The translations under genes were made by a program, and so were the position numbers. Shown in pieces: positions 38,576-50,905 of a DNA stretch of 64,000 nucleotides; the stretch's first letter is position 1; every line of letters begins with the position of its first letter. The notes below the pieces were generated by a model. That model was given only the letters and a program-made list of their open reading frames with translations, was not told where the DNA came from and ran no database searches. This stretch comes from Hemiscyllium ocellatum (taxonomy: Eukaryota): positions 1,110,504 to 1,174,503 of the forward strand of contig NW_026867863.1 in the NCBI RefSeq assembly GCF_020745735.1, given 5' to 3'.

Positions 38576-41500
38576 TATTTACTTAGACCTCATTTAAAGT
38601 GGGCAACTCCAGACAGAAGCAAGCTTTCAATTTATACCTTTTTAAAACATTTTCGTATGTTGCAAAACAGCTAACAAGAAACTGACCCACCCATTGTAAA
38701 GAAAACCTGATAGTAAATACTTGCCCTATTTGTTTCAACAGAAACGCATTGCCACACTGGAATGGAGTATTGGCTTTGTCCAGAATATGTAAAATCTTCG
38801 AGTACAAGAAATGTTTTCAGAATACGTAAAAATAATTTAAAGAAGAATCCATTTCCTTTGCACCTGTGCATAAATTTGCAATATGTCCTACATCAATAAT
38901 GTTGTTAATTACAATGACTTATTTAGTTGATTAAATCGGTGATTATCTATGTTCATTGTGAACCCATTCTCGTTCACATTAATGGGTATTATCTTTTTCA
39001 TTCCTACGATGAATGTTCAATTACAGTGAACATATTGGACCTGAGGAATTGAGCAGATATATTGGAAAGACCAAGATTGTTGTACAATATGTTTCGGTGC
39101 TATCTCCGACTAACTTGTCAACTGATCCTGACCATTTGTAAGTTGTCCGGTTCCAATACCTGAATCTCCGACAGTTCAATTTCATATCCCATTTCAAAAC
39201 CATGCTTATCTGCCAGAAATAGAATATTTGATTAGGTGCCTCTGAATTGAGAGCCCTGGTCATGTTTTAGTATCAGAACGAACACATCAGTAACAAAAGG
39301 CAGATTGCAAGAGTGTTTCAATTGGTTGTTGGCAACAAGGGATATATAATTGAGCGAGGCAGAGGAAAATATGCTGCTTATTTTCGTTGTGCCTCGATTG
39401 TCCGGGACGTGTTTAGTGACACAATGTAGGATCAGAAATTAATTTGCATTGTATTATTTGAAAACATTTTGCCAGCTTTTAATGTCACTGGAAAATGTCA
39501 TAATACAGTTCAAAATGTTTTAATCTATTTCTAACTAAGTAGACCATCTGGTGCATCAACATTAATGAGTAAGAGGAAGGGAGTTCAACGTTGAAGTCCA
39601 GTGACAGTGAATTTATGGCAGTGCAATTCATAGTTTTATTCCTCTGTAGTTCCCACAGACTTTGGACAATTCAGACTTACAGTCAAAGTATTCCTGGAAA
39701 ATTGTTGCAATGTTAATTTCATTGCATAAACATTCTGGAACAATCCTTATTTGTTGGAATGTGTTAATAATTAACATGGTTTATGCACTGTAAAACAGGT
39801 GGGCTGTGCTCTCCGATATAGTGTCGAGCTCATTGTGTTCAGGTCTGCTGTGATATTGTAGTAGTGACCCTGACTCCATGCCACGTGGCCTGTGTTCACT
39901 TACAACCTGTTAGAGACGTATGTAACATCATCTCTAATCAGTTTCATTCGGGGCAAAAAACCAGATCGAGTCGTTTGGGAGTTTTTTTGGAATTCCATTC
40001 ACAGAGGCCGTTGAAATCTATTCAATCGCAATCCTGATTTGTGTCTCTTAGATATTAAACAACTTTGGCGGTTAGCAGCTCTTTCCAAGTCCATTTTTGT
40101 TCACAAGCTTTTGGACATCACTAGCTGGGGTTAATGGAATAACCCCTCAAATAAATCCCAGCTTTTAAATTACCATTCTAACAATAACATGTATAACTAT
40201 TCCAGAATGAATTGCTTTGAAGCATTTTTGTTGAGATCATGCCTAGGTTGTTTTATTTTATATTTAACCAGTGCTGTGGTTGAATTTGACTGTTCAGTGC
40301 AGTGGGGGTTCCGCTGAATCCAACACTTCCAGCAGATGGTGATAGCCTTTCAACTAGTCATCAGTTGCTATCTTACGCATTCCAGTACCTTTGCTAAGAA
40401 TCTTTTTGCAACAGCAGTCAAGCAAACGTAATCGCTGTCTAATTCAACAGGTGCCAAAAACATGAAAACAATTTTTTGAAGGGGGATCTCGGAACGCGCA
40501 ATGTCAACCTTACTTTCTCTCCAGAGCCGCCACGAGACCTACTGAGAATCTTCAGAAACTTCTGTCTTTATTTTGGTTTGCTAGCAATCAAAGTTTGTTG
40601 TTTCATTAAAAAGAAGTTCTGTTCGATTAAACAAGCTGTACAGAGAGAAGATGCGTTTGAAGAAATTGAGAATGTTCAGAGATATTTAATATCAGAAAAT
40701 CATTGAATGTGAGAACCCTGATTTCAAGCTGTATTTTCACAAGAAACTGTTTCGTGAAGTAACAACACACTCCAGATTGCAGTGACTGCTGTAATTGGGT
40801 GGGAGTTGTTTTGATCACTCAAACATAGAACGTCAATGCTCGCGTTCCAAATAATCAAAGATGTTTTAAGAATTTGTGAAACAATTAATTTGTTAAAATA
40901 TTTTAATAAAAATTGTTCAGTGTCAGTGCTAGCCTAATGAAGGACACAATTATAGGAAAGTGCAGGAGGAGGGCACTCAGCCCCTCGAGCTGTTCCCCCA
41001 TTACTTAGATCAGGGTGCATCCGCGCACTATTTTCTCAGGCCTCTCTTTGGCTAAAACTCTTTTCCATCTTTGACTAGCAAGTAAAACCTATCCATAGTT
41101 CAATGATTTTACTTTCCTTAACAAAGGGAGAAACCGTTGTTTAAAGACATTTCTGTGAGAAGTTAAAGTGACCCATTGAGGCTGGAATTAATTGGTCGTG
41201 AAAATAAGCTTTAAATCTCTGATAACTTACAATTTAAACATCCCAATCACCATATTCCATTAAGTTTAGATTATATTTCTTTATTCCAGGGAAGTATAAT
41301 GTGTGATTTCTGCTTTAAAAAATGAGGCAATCTTCATTCCCACAATATGATTAAGAAGTAACACTGTTTGTTCAGAGAAAAAGAAGCCAAACTACACAGA
41401 AAGAAACCATTCGCAATTCGTGTAAATACTTTTCAATGCCTCCAGTGATTATCTGCATCTCTAGACAAGCGTGGAAGTGTCAGGCTTTTCCTTGAGAAAC

Positions 41501-41589
41501 AAATCATCATCAACTGACTTGAATTGCTAAAGTTTGTGTGGGGCAGTGTTTTCTCGAGGAATAAGACTGTATTAATTTCTGGCTCTGTA

Positions 41590-43095
41590 ACTTACGAAGG
41601 AGTAAAAATTGGCTTTAATAGAGTGGTATGTGCTTCTTGTCAGATGTGGGAGTTTAAAGAGAGATTAAGCATTATTGCAGATTATATCTGTCATAGGTCC
41701 TGTTTGATGCGAATCTTACCAGATCGAATGGATCGGTTGGAGAGACAGTTAGAAGCAACAGTATCTCATGGATGGCAGTTATAGGAAGGGGCGATGTCTC
41801 AGATACTGTCACATAGATGGGTTAACTCCAGGAAATGTAAGATAGGTAGGCACCTAGTGCAGGAGTCTTTTGTGGTTGTACCGATTCAATCAGGTATGCT
41901 GTTTTGAAAAATGTAGGGGGTGATGGAATCTCAGGGGAACATAGGACGAACAGCCAAGTTTCTGGTATTGAGACTAGGTCTAATGCAATGAGGGTTATAT
42001 CGGCTTCAAAGAGATCAATTGTGTTCGGGGATTCTGCAATCCGAGTGCAGAGATACCTTTCTGTGACCAGCAGCGAAAAAGCAGAATGGTGTGTTGTTTC
42101 CCCGGTGCTAGGATCAATGATGTCTCAAAGAGAGTGCAGAAAGTTCTCATGGGGGAGAGGGGACAGCAAGAGGACATTGTCCACTTTGGAACCAAGGACA
42201 AAGGAAGGGAAAAGATTGAGATTATGAAGGGAGATTACAGAGAGTTAGGCAGAAAATATTAAAGGAGGTCCTGGAAAGTAGTAATATCTGGATTATTCCC
42301 AATGCTACGAGCTACAGACGGCAGGAATATGAGGATAGAGCAGATGAATGCGAGTCTGAGCAGCTGGTGTATGGGAGAAGGATTCATAATTTTGGATCAT
42401 TGGAATTTATTTTGGGTTAGAAGTGATATGGACAAGAAGGACGGATTGCACCTAAATTGGATGGGACCAATATTCTGACCGGGAAATTTGCTAGAGCTGA
42501 ACGGAAGGATTTAAACTAGTAAGGTAGGGAGAGGGGTGGTGTTGTGACCCAGGGAGATTGTGAGGAAAGAGGTCAATCTGGCACTAGTGCAATTGAAAAC
42601 AGAAGCGAGTCAAACAGTCAGAGCAGGCAGGGACAAAGTAGGACGAATAAATTAAACAGTGTTTATTTCATTGCAAGGGGCCTAACATGGAAGGCAGGTG
42701 AAATCAGTGCATGGTTAGGATCATGGGACAGGGATATCATAGCAATCACAGGTACATGGCTCAGGGATGGTCAGGACTGGAAGATTAATGTTCCAGGATA
42801 CGAATGCTACAGGAAGAATAGAAAGGGGGGCAAGGGAGGAGGGTGATTGATATTTTTGATAAGGGATAACATTACAGCTGTGCTGAGGGTGGATATTCCC
42901 GGAAATACATCCAGGGAAGTTGTTTGTGTGGAACTGAGAATTAAGAAAGGGATGATTATGCGCTTTGGTTTTGTATTCTAGACCCCCTAATAGATGGAGG
43001 GATATTGAGAAACAAACGTGTAAGGATACCTCAGCTATATGTAAGAATAATAGGATGGATATGATAGGCGATTTTAACTCTATAAGCATATACTA
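41590..43095 (+). mobile_element. CR1 LINE ORF1 (Zn knuckle, SGNH esterase-like) and start of ORF2 AP-endonuclease
   Basis: VCASCQMWE, IVFGDS and cfpgarindv-like motifs; DIIAITGTWLRDGQDWKINVPGYECYRKNR. Confidence 0.85.
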
Positions 43096-43745
43096 GGAAA
43101 GCAAAGTTAAAAATCACTCAACACCATGTTATTGTCCAGCAGGTTTAATTGGAAGCACACTAGCTTTCGGACCGACGCTCCTTCATCAGGTGATTGTGGA
43201 GTGCTCGATCGTAACACAGAACTTATAGCAAAACTTTTCAGTGTGCCATAACTGAAATTATACATTGAAAAATTGATTGACTGTTAAGCATTTCATCTGT
43301 TAGAATACAGTGATAGTTTAACTTCTTTCATGTGTAAATCACAAAAGACTCCCTATCCACCCTATCGAACCCTCTGATTGTCTTATATGTCTAAATTAAG
43401 TCACTTCGCAACCTTGTTCTCTCAAACAAAAACAACCTCAATTCCCTCATCCTTTCCTCATTAAACCTCCCTCCACACCAGACAACATTCTGTTAAACCT
43501 CCACTGAACTCTTTCCAAAGCTTCCACATTCTTCCTATAATGTGGTGACCACAATACTCCAAGTACGGCCACACCAGTTTTTTGTACAGCTGCAGCACGA
43601 TGTCATGGTTTTGAAACTCAGCCCTTCCAATGCAAGCCAACTCAAAGTATGACTTCCTAACATTCCTATCAACGAGCCTGGCAACTTTTAGGGATCTATG
43701 TACATGGACGCAAGGATATCTCTGCTCATCTACCCTACCGATATG
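43095..43745 (-). mobile_element. Penelope tail (43095-43340) and CR1 RT 3' fragment (43345-43745)
   Basis: Reverse complement cacctgatgaaggagcgtcggtccgaaagctagtgtgcttccaattaaacc; the CR1 piece is orthologous to the one starting at 5570. Confidence 0.7.
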
Positions 43746-44329
43746 GATTGCCTTGGATGTGTTTCTTGTGAAAGGGGTGCTGTACTCCGGCCACGAATTG
43801 TGTGTAACAGGGTAAGGTTTGTCAATGTGTGTGGAAATTCATGTCTGGATAGGGAGGGAGAACAGTTGTTTGTCTGTGACAGATGAGAGTTTTGGTAGTG
43901 AACTGCGTGTCAGTTTGACAGTTATTAAAGTTAAAGAGTACTTTTATTTTTTCAAATCAGATTTACGTACATTGTCGGCTCAGTTAGCTGAAATGCTCCA
44001 AAGTCTCTGAACCTTTATGAGTCCTCCATTTTTCAGAAGCCACCAGACTTCAGATAATTGTAAATTACAAGTTTCAACCTCCAGACAATTGGCATGAGGT
44101 CAGCAGTGACAGACATCCTCCAGTCTCAGTGCTCAGCTCCTGCCTGTGCTGCTGCTGCAGTGACCTTCTTCCCAGAGAGGACATTCTGCCTTGTTTTGAT
44201 AAATGAACAACGATCACTGGACCTGAACCATTCACTTGGATTTATCGCCAGAAACACTGCCAGCTTTTCGGGTTTGTCAAGCAATTCCAAGCAATTTTGT
44301 TTGTGATTTCCAGCTGCACAGTGCATAGT

Positions 44330-44610
44330 GGGGTGGCGTGCTGGTTCGGTGGTCAGCATTGCTGCCTCGCAGTCGTAGGGACTCTTGTTCGATTCCAGCC
44401 TCGGCTGATTGTCTGTGAAGAGTTTGTACTTTCTCCTCATGTCTGTCAGGGTTTCCTCCCCATGTGCAAACTGGGTGAATTCGTCATGTTGCATTTAGGG
44501 ATTGGGAGGTTAGGTCCATTAGTCAGGGTGAAATGTGTCTGGATAGGTTATTTTTCAAAGGGTGGTTGTCGACTTGTTGGGTCAAATGGCCTGTTTGCAC
44601 ACACTGTCGA
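44330..44610 (+). mobile_element. tRNA-derived SINE, shared with 4640-4985
   Basis: gggtggcgtgctggttcggtggtcagcattgctgcctcgcag...gttcgattcc. Confidence 0.82.
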
Positions 44611-44958
44611 ATTTTGATGAATCCGTATTTACTTGGTTTGTATTTTGTGAAACCTCTCCGTTCTTCACTTGCAACCCAGTGAAAATGTCAGTTGGTGAGA
44701 TTTTCAAATAGTTACTGGTAGTGGGATCAGGATGTTCTTCTTCATAAATCTTATGGTAATGGTCATGTTAGAGGGCTTGTTTCTGAAGAGGGAATCAATA
44801 CAGCATGATCAACAACTGGTAAGAAACAAAAATAAACTCCAGTTACGCTGTAGACTTCAGCAGGAGCATACTGGCAAACTTGTACAGCTGAGGATACATT
44901 TGAGTAACTGACAAGGACAAATTAACAGAACCTAATGTGCTCAATTGGTCATTCTATC

Positions 44959-45254
44959 CCGTCTCCCCCACGCTTTATGGCCTGCTCTTGTCCTGTCATG
45001 ACCACGATACCGGTTCTGTGATCTTTGGTTGTTTGGCGATGGACTATTTCCCTGAAATAACCAAGGTAATCTTTAATAAAGGTGGAGAGCTAATCACGAT
45101 TGGATTGAAGACTTACCCATCAGTGGTATACAACAAGGGAACCTACACCCAGCGCAGCCAATTAACCCTGCCCGGGTCAACAGTAGATTACCCCAGCAAA
45201 ATCTACTGGTTTAACACAGCGGGTCGCACAAGAGCAAAGAAATGCCATGTCAGG
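44959..45254 (+). pseudogene. IGHM: Cmu1 pseudo-exon (cluster 2)
   Basis: [35 protein letters not shown]...[23 protein letters not shown] 9-bp deletion removes the acceptor AG, plus a 1-bp loss in the C run, Trp>Phe and a 4-bp deletion after the second Cys; donor gtaagt retained. Confidence 0.92.
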
Positions 45255-45824
45255 GTAAGTGTTGTGGTAAATTAGATAAACAAAACATCTGTGATTAACA
45301 TGAGTAAGGCATTATTTATAACATTTTTAAAAGATTCGCCTTATACAGCACAGGAAAAAGCTCTTTGGTCCATCCTATAAATAACAGCCACCTAACTATT
45401 CCAGTCTCATGTGCCAGCACTTGATCCATTGCCTTGTGTGTCTTGCCTTTGCAAGTATGGATCTAAATTCTTCACACGTATTATGAGGGGCTCATCCTAT
45501 ATTTAAAATATAAGGAAATAATTACGATACTCGTTCCTAATATCCATTCCTCAAATAATAATATTCTTCAATAATAGATTAAAAGAAAAAGTAATTTGAA
45601 ATGTTCTGACAGTCAGTGATGAAAGAACATGTGCAGTTAGAATTTGTAAGTTCCTGCTGAGAATCAGTAATGCTCTAATAGATACAGCTAACAGAGTCAC
45701 GTTTGATAAATGTCTGACTACTTCCTGAACATGTAATGGTCTCTAATTACATAACTTAGATGCAGATAGATCGGACTGGGTCAATTAACTATTTAAGTGT
45801 GTTCTCTCGTCTTTATATTCGTAG

Positions 45825-45953
45825 GTTCAATAGATCACACTTGGATTGAAGATTATGAAGATGATAACAGCAACATCTGTACAACTGCTTCCACATTCAT
45901 CACCCTATTCTTCCTGAGTACCTTTTTACAGCGCTGCTGCCACTCTGGTGAAT
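45825..45953 (+). pseudogene. IGHM: Ig heavy chain TM1 exon with a +1 frameshift
   Basis: ttcgtag|GT TCA...: SIDHTWIEDYEDDNSNICTTASTFITLFFLSTF, extra T at 45923-45927, then YSAAATLVN|gtcag. Matches the conserved Ig TM motif. IgM vs IgNAR/IgW origin cannot be fixed from the TM alone. Confidence 0.88.
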
Positions 45954-46092
45954 GTCAGAATAATAACATCTTTCACACGCCAAGCAGCCGAATATGTTTT
46001 GTGAAATCTCTAAGTGTGCCATTGAATAAAAATTGAATCTGAATGCTCCTGACCATAAGCATCTGCATCATTGTTTTATCTCCCTTTTCCAG

Positions 46093-46101
46093 GTAAAGTG
46101 A
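46093..46101 (+). CDS. IGHM: TM2 exon coding part, Val-Lys-stop
   Basis: ccttttccag|GTA AAG TGA, 139 nt after the TM1 donor; canonical VK* cytoplasmic end. Confidence 0.85.
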   Translation, partial: VK

Positions 46102-48289
46102 ATGAGTTGTCGACCCCGTAGGTTTTCCTGATCTGCATAACAAGGTCGCTGAATTCCATATCGACAATCAGCCCTGTTGCTGACTGTTCACTTGCTGAGA
46201 TCACTTCAGTTTATCAGCGTGTAACTGAGACAATTATTGATGGGTTTTCCTATTATATCCTTTGATATCGTTGTAATGATTGTGGTTGAAAGAACTTGTA
46301 GCTTCCCCTTTGTTTGAAGCCTATTTGTTTTGTTTTTATTTGTTCATTATTCAAAATGGTGATGAGCCATTGTATTCCATTTCTGGTGACTGTTACAGAT
46401 ACACAGAAAGTTCACAGCTCACAGCGCATGCGTTCTTGTCTCAATGCGGCATCCAGCCACAGTATTTGCTTCTGTTATCTTTTACATCAACGTTTTGGAT
46501 AAAAAATGCCTTCTAAAATGGTTAATTAATCTCGAATGAATATGCACTAACCTTGAGTTTGCTTAATTGTTGCTTCAAGGTCAGTCAGTAATAACACATT
46601 TTCTCACGTCCCCACACTCCTTTCCCAGCGAAATACCTTCACTTATTTTGTTTGGTTGTGTTTCATCCAGTCATTTAGGTGAATGCTGCGCCACCACGTG
46701 GCCCACTTATCACGATATGCCTCGTGGAACACACCGGAAACAAAATGATTAGAGAACTTTTCCTCTTTCGCATTAACGGTCACAGCCTTGATATACATAA
46801 TGATACAAATTTGGAGCGTTGCTCCGCCAGAAGCCTATAAAAGGCAGGCAACGGAGATTGAAACTTTACTCTACATTGTCTAAATTAAATTTACTCCAAA
46901 AGTTGCAACAGCGTGGATTAGTTATGCACAAATCACCACCTTACACACCCAACGAAACATTCATCAGCCAAAAATGTCACCGTTCAGTCAGGTATTCAGA
47001 AACAACACGTGCACAATCCAAGAGCGAATTCTCAGAACTGGGGTTTTTCTCACATTTAAATGTCACGGAGAACAATTTCTGGGATCTATTTGAAACACCA
47101 TATCTGTCAAATCCCAGGAAAAGAGACTGAGGTCTCTCTAACTCAGGGATATTACTGAACAGAAGCCCTCAAAAATAATAAATCAGTGGTCGATGTCGAT
47201 CAGACAAGGCAGAGCTCAAGAAGTGCTAGAAATATTCAACCGTTGCAATCTATATGACGCAAGATGGAATTGAGAACCAATCATAGCAACTATTCACATG
47301 TTCAGCAGTGGGGAACAGTTCCAATTTCTCAGAAACCGTAAGGTACATCATCCCAGGAACAGTGTTGTGAATCCGGCACGCAGCCTGTCTCATAGATTTG
47401 CGTATTTTAAAAATGTGGCTTCTGAAACTGGATGCTTTATTTCAGGTGAGACAAGCGACTGTTTTATTTCAGTTTAACATAATTACAGCGTACTTGAAGT
47501 AAGTTTTATTGTTCTTCCGTCCACCTGTCATGGTACATTCTCTGATTTATGCACATATAACGGAGGATCCTCTGCTCCTGCACCACTTTGGATTTACACC
47601 CTTAATATTATATGTACCCCTGAGTTCATCATAAAACAAAGAGGCATGTCACACCCGCTCGAGACTGAGATCTATCTGATGCACCAATATTAATGGACAA
47701 CAATCCTCAAAAATGATAAATCACAGGTTGATTTCGATAAGGGAAGGCAGCGATCAAACGGACTGGAAACCCTGCTGCTTTCCATGTCTTTTCTCAAAAA
47801 CCCTCTGTTATATTTTGAAGCGCTTAGCTGTTCTTCCGATATCCTAACATTTTAACTTAAATTGCTATTAACATTTTTCTGTAATTTTGCCTAATAGACC
47901 AAGGCACAGGTTGAAACAACAAACACTACAAATACTGAATTCCCAGAGCGTACACGATAAGGCGACATACATTGTGAAACAGCAAACACCCGTTAACAAA
48001 GCGCTGACAAGTATAAAACAGCGGATGAGATGAATTTGAACTAATCAAAATATAAGGAAAATATGCTGAAGGTAAACCAGTGTACGAAAAAACTGAGCAG
48101 ACAGAATGGAGTTTGTTTTATTTACAAAAATGTTGTTTATATCCAGAACCTTCCTTCCACACAAGGTAACATATTTACTTCCCATCACCAAGTCACGCAT
48201 AGTATCTTTATTTTCAGGTACTAACCATCACCAGTAAATTGAATAATTTATGTTCGAAGTCCTCAAGGGCAACTCACACCATCAAAGGT

Positions 48290-49640
48290 ACAGCAGAAGT
48301 AGGAAGAGTTAAAAGGAGATTGGAAGCAATTTTAATTGTGGTGAAGTATTAGAGCTCTTCTAACAGAAGGTATTTGTGAGGGATGGTCCAGTAAACCTAT
48401 GTGGATGAGACTCAGAAATAAGGAAAGCACAATTAATTTGATGTTATTGTAATAGTCCCCCTGGTGGTCTGAATGAAATTGAGTAGCAAATATGTTGACA
48501 GATCTCATGTATACGTAAGAATTTTAGGATTTTAATAACAGCAAATTTTAACCTTCCAAACATAAAGTGGGACAGGCATGATCTTAAGAGCTCGGATGCT
48601 GAGGAAACCGTTAAGTGTTGAAGGAATTTGTCTTCATTAATATGCCGATGAAACTACCATAGAATGAGCAAACCTCTGGTTTCAGGCAGGGCAAGTGACT
48701 GAAGGGTTAGTAGGGGAGCAGTTTGGGGCCGGGACATTAATTTAATTAGTTGTAAAATACCAATAGAAAAGATTGGTATTATATATAAGTTAATGTTCTT
48801 GATTGGGCTAGGGCAAATTTTGATAGTATGAGACAAAAACTTTCAAAGGTTGATTGGAGTAGACTTTCTGCAGCTAAAGAGATGGCCAGCAAGAGCGAGG
48901 CTTTTAGGAGTGAGATAATAAGAGTTTAGAGGCTTGATGATCCTGTTAGAGTCAAGGTAAAGCTGGTAAGAGGATGGAATACTGGAGAAATAAAGATATT
49001 GAGGCTCTGGTTAAGAAGAAGAACGATTCTTATAATAGACATAGATAAATGAGATCAAGTGAATATCAAAGAGTACAAGAGATGTAGGAGCATTCTAAAC
49101 AGGGAGGTGAGGAGGTGATGAAAGGAAAAATGGGAAAGACTTGGTAGATAATGTTAAAGATAATCCAAAGAGATTCTCCGGGTACATTAACAGCAAAGGA
49201 GTAGAGTCATAGAATCATAGAGATGTACAATTTGGAAACAAACGTTTGGTCTCACTCGTCCATGTTGACCGGATATCTTCAACTAATCTATTCCCATTTG
49301 CCAGTACTTGGCCCATATCCCTCTAAACCCTTCCTGTTCATATACACATTCAGATGCTTTCTAAATGTTGAAATTGCAACAGCCTCCATCACTTCCTCTG
49401 GCAGTTCATTCCAAATACCCCCCTCCTCTGCATGAAAAAGTCACTCCTAAGGTACTTTCATCGTTTCCCCTTCTCACCCTAAACCTCCACTCACGAGCAT
49501 AGGTTTAAAGTGAGACTCTGCTCACCCCAGGGAAGAGCAATTTTATATTCACAGTCTCCATGCCGCTCATGATTTGATGAACATTTATAAAGTCACCCCT
49601 AAGCCTCCAACGCTGCAGGGAAATCAGCCACAGCCTAATC
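48290..49640. mobile_element. Decayed CR1 ORF2 fragment (+) and inverted CR1 3' tail (-)
   Basis: AP-endonuclease-like remnants (aattttaaccttccaaacataaagtggga); tagagtcatagaatcatagag tail at 49200. Confidence 0.65.
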
Positions 49641-50169
49641 AGCCACACCATGCATTACTCTAGGTGGCTGCGGATATGTATAAGCCTGGAGCGATGGCTT
49701 CGTAAATCATTTCTTTTTACCATCAGTTAGTTTAAAATGGAGGGTGGGTGCCCTTTCAATTTGATACCAGTCGCACAGAAAGACCTGGGGAAATAAAATG
49801 CAACCAAAAGAAATGATCAAAAAGTAATTACACTACGGATAATCTCTCCATATCATTCGTGTAAAAATAATTCCCTATTTTGTTCTTGCAGTTCACAGAG
49901 CCTATTAATTAGCCCTGTGTTGGTAATAATTTTTATCTGTCTGTCATTTTCCGTTTCGTTGTTACTTTACTGTGCAGATTACTGCACCTCTCTAGGTACT
50001 TAAGCCAAAAAATCAAAACCAAGTAAAACTGCAAATTAAATATTGTCTGTAATTATTACAAAAATGTTTAGCATTTCAAAGACACCAAATTTGACGAGGA
50101 ATGTTGAAAGATAGCCAACTCTGAGGAATACAAGAAGTTGCAACCTGTCAATAATTAACTTCCAGTATG

Positions 50170-50905
50170 GCCAAATAATTAGCAAATGAATAACCACACA
50201 CTCATAAACGTAAGGTGTTATGTCTTGTTCAAATATGCACGTTTAAGTGAGTGAGACAAACAAAGGGATCTAAGACAATTACATCAGTCACTAACAATTT
50301 TATCAATGGTTCCAAAGACCATAAAAATGCAAACAAAGCTCTAAGCTTTATCTCTAAAGTGATAGATTTGAAAGTAGGGTCCTTATAAAAATTGGTTGAC
50401 TACAATTAAGGTTATTGCCTGCAGTTCCAGTTGACGCATTATAGAATGTACGAGAAGAAGTGAAGAGAAGGTTTACAAAATGATAAACAAGTTTATGGCT
50501 GTGTATATCAGGGAATAATTGTCGTGCTGTTCACTTCTCTCTTGAAAAGAAGGCTGACAGTTCTAAAAATATGAAAGATTTTGAAAAGGGAACGTACCAA
50601 GAAAACATTTCTCTATGGGGTAGAATATAATTAGAGGCTGAAAATATAAGACAGTGCCTCAGAAGAAACCTCCTCACTGAAAGAATGACCAGAATGGGGA
50701 ATATGTGACCAGACAGAATAGTTCACATCAATAGTTTAGATGTATTTCAAAGAATCTAGGTGAGCACTTGGAAGGGATAGGAATAGAGAATTGTAATGGG
50801 CGACTAAGATGACAAAAGATTTGAAACAGCTTGAGTGGAGCATAACCACTGACATGAACTGATTAAGCCAAATGCTCTGTTTCTGTTCTGTATTCCCTCT
50901 GTCAT
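50170..50905 (+). mobile_element. Old CR1 3' fragment
   Basis: gcaaacaaagctctaagcttt...gcagttccagttgacgcattatag and CR1-like 3' UTR. Confidence 0.55.

Larger units (their letters stand above)
30045..45497 (+). repeat. Right arm of the inverted duplication (IgM cluster 2)
   Basis: Reverse-complement collinearity with 3722-21740, including shared SINE and CR1 insertions. Confidence 0.92.
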
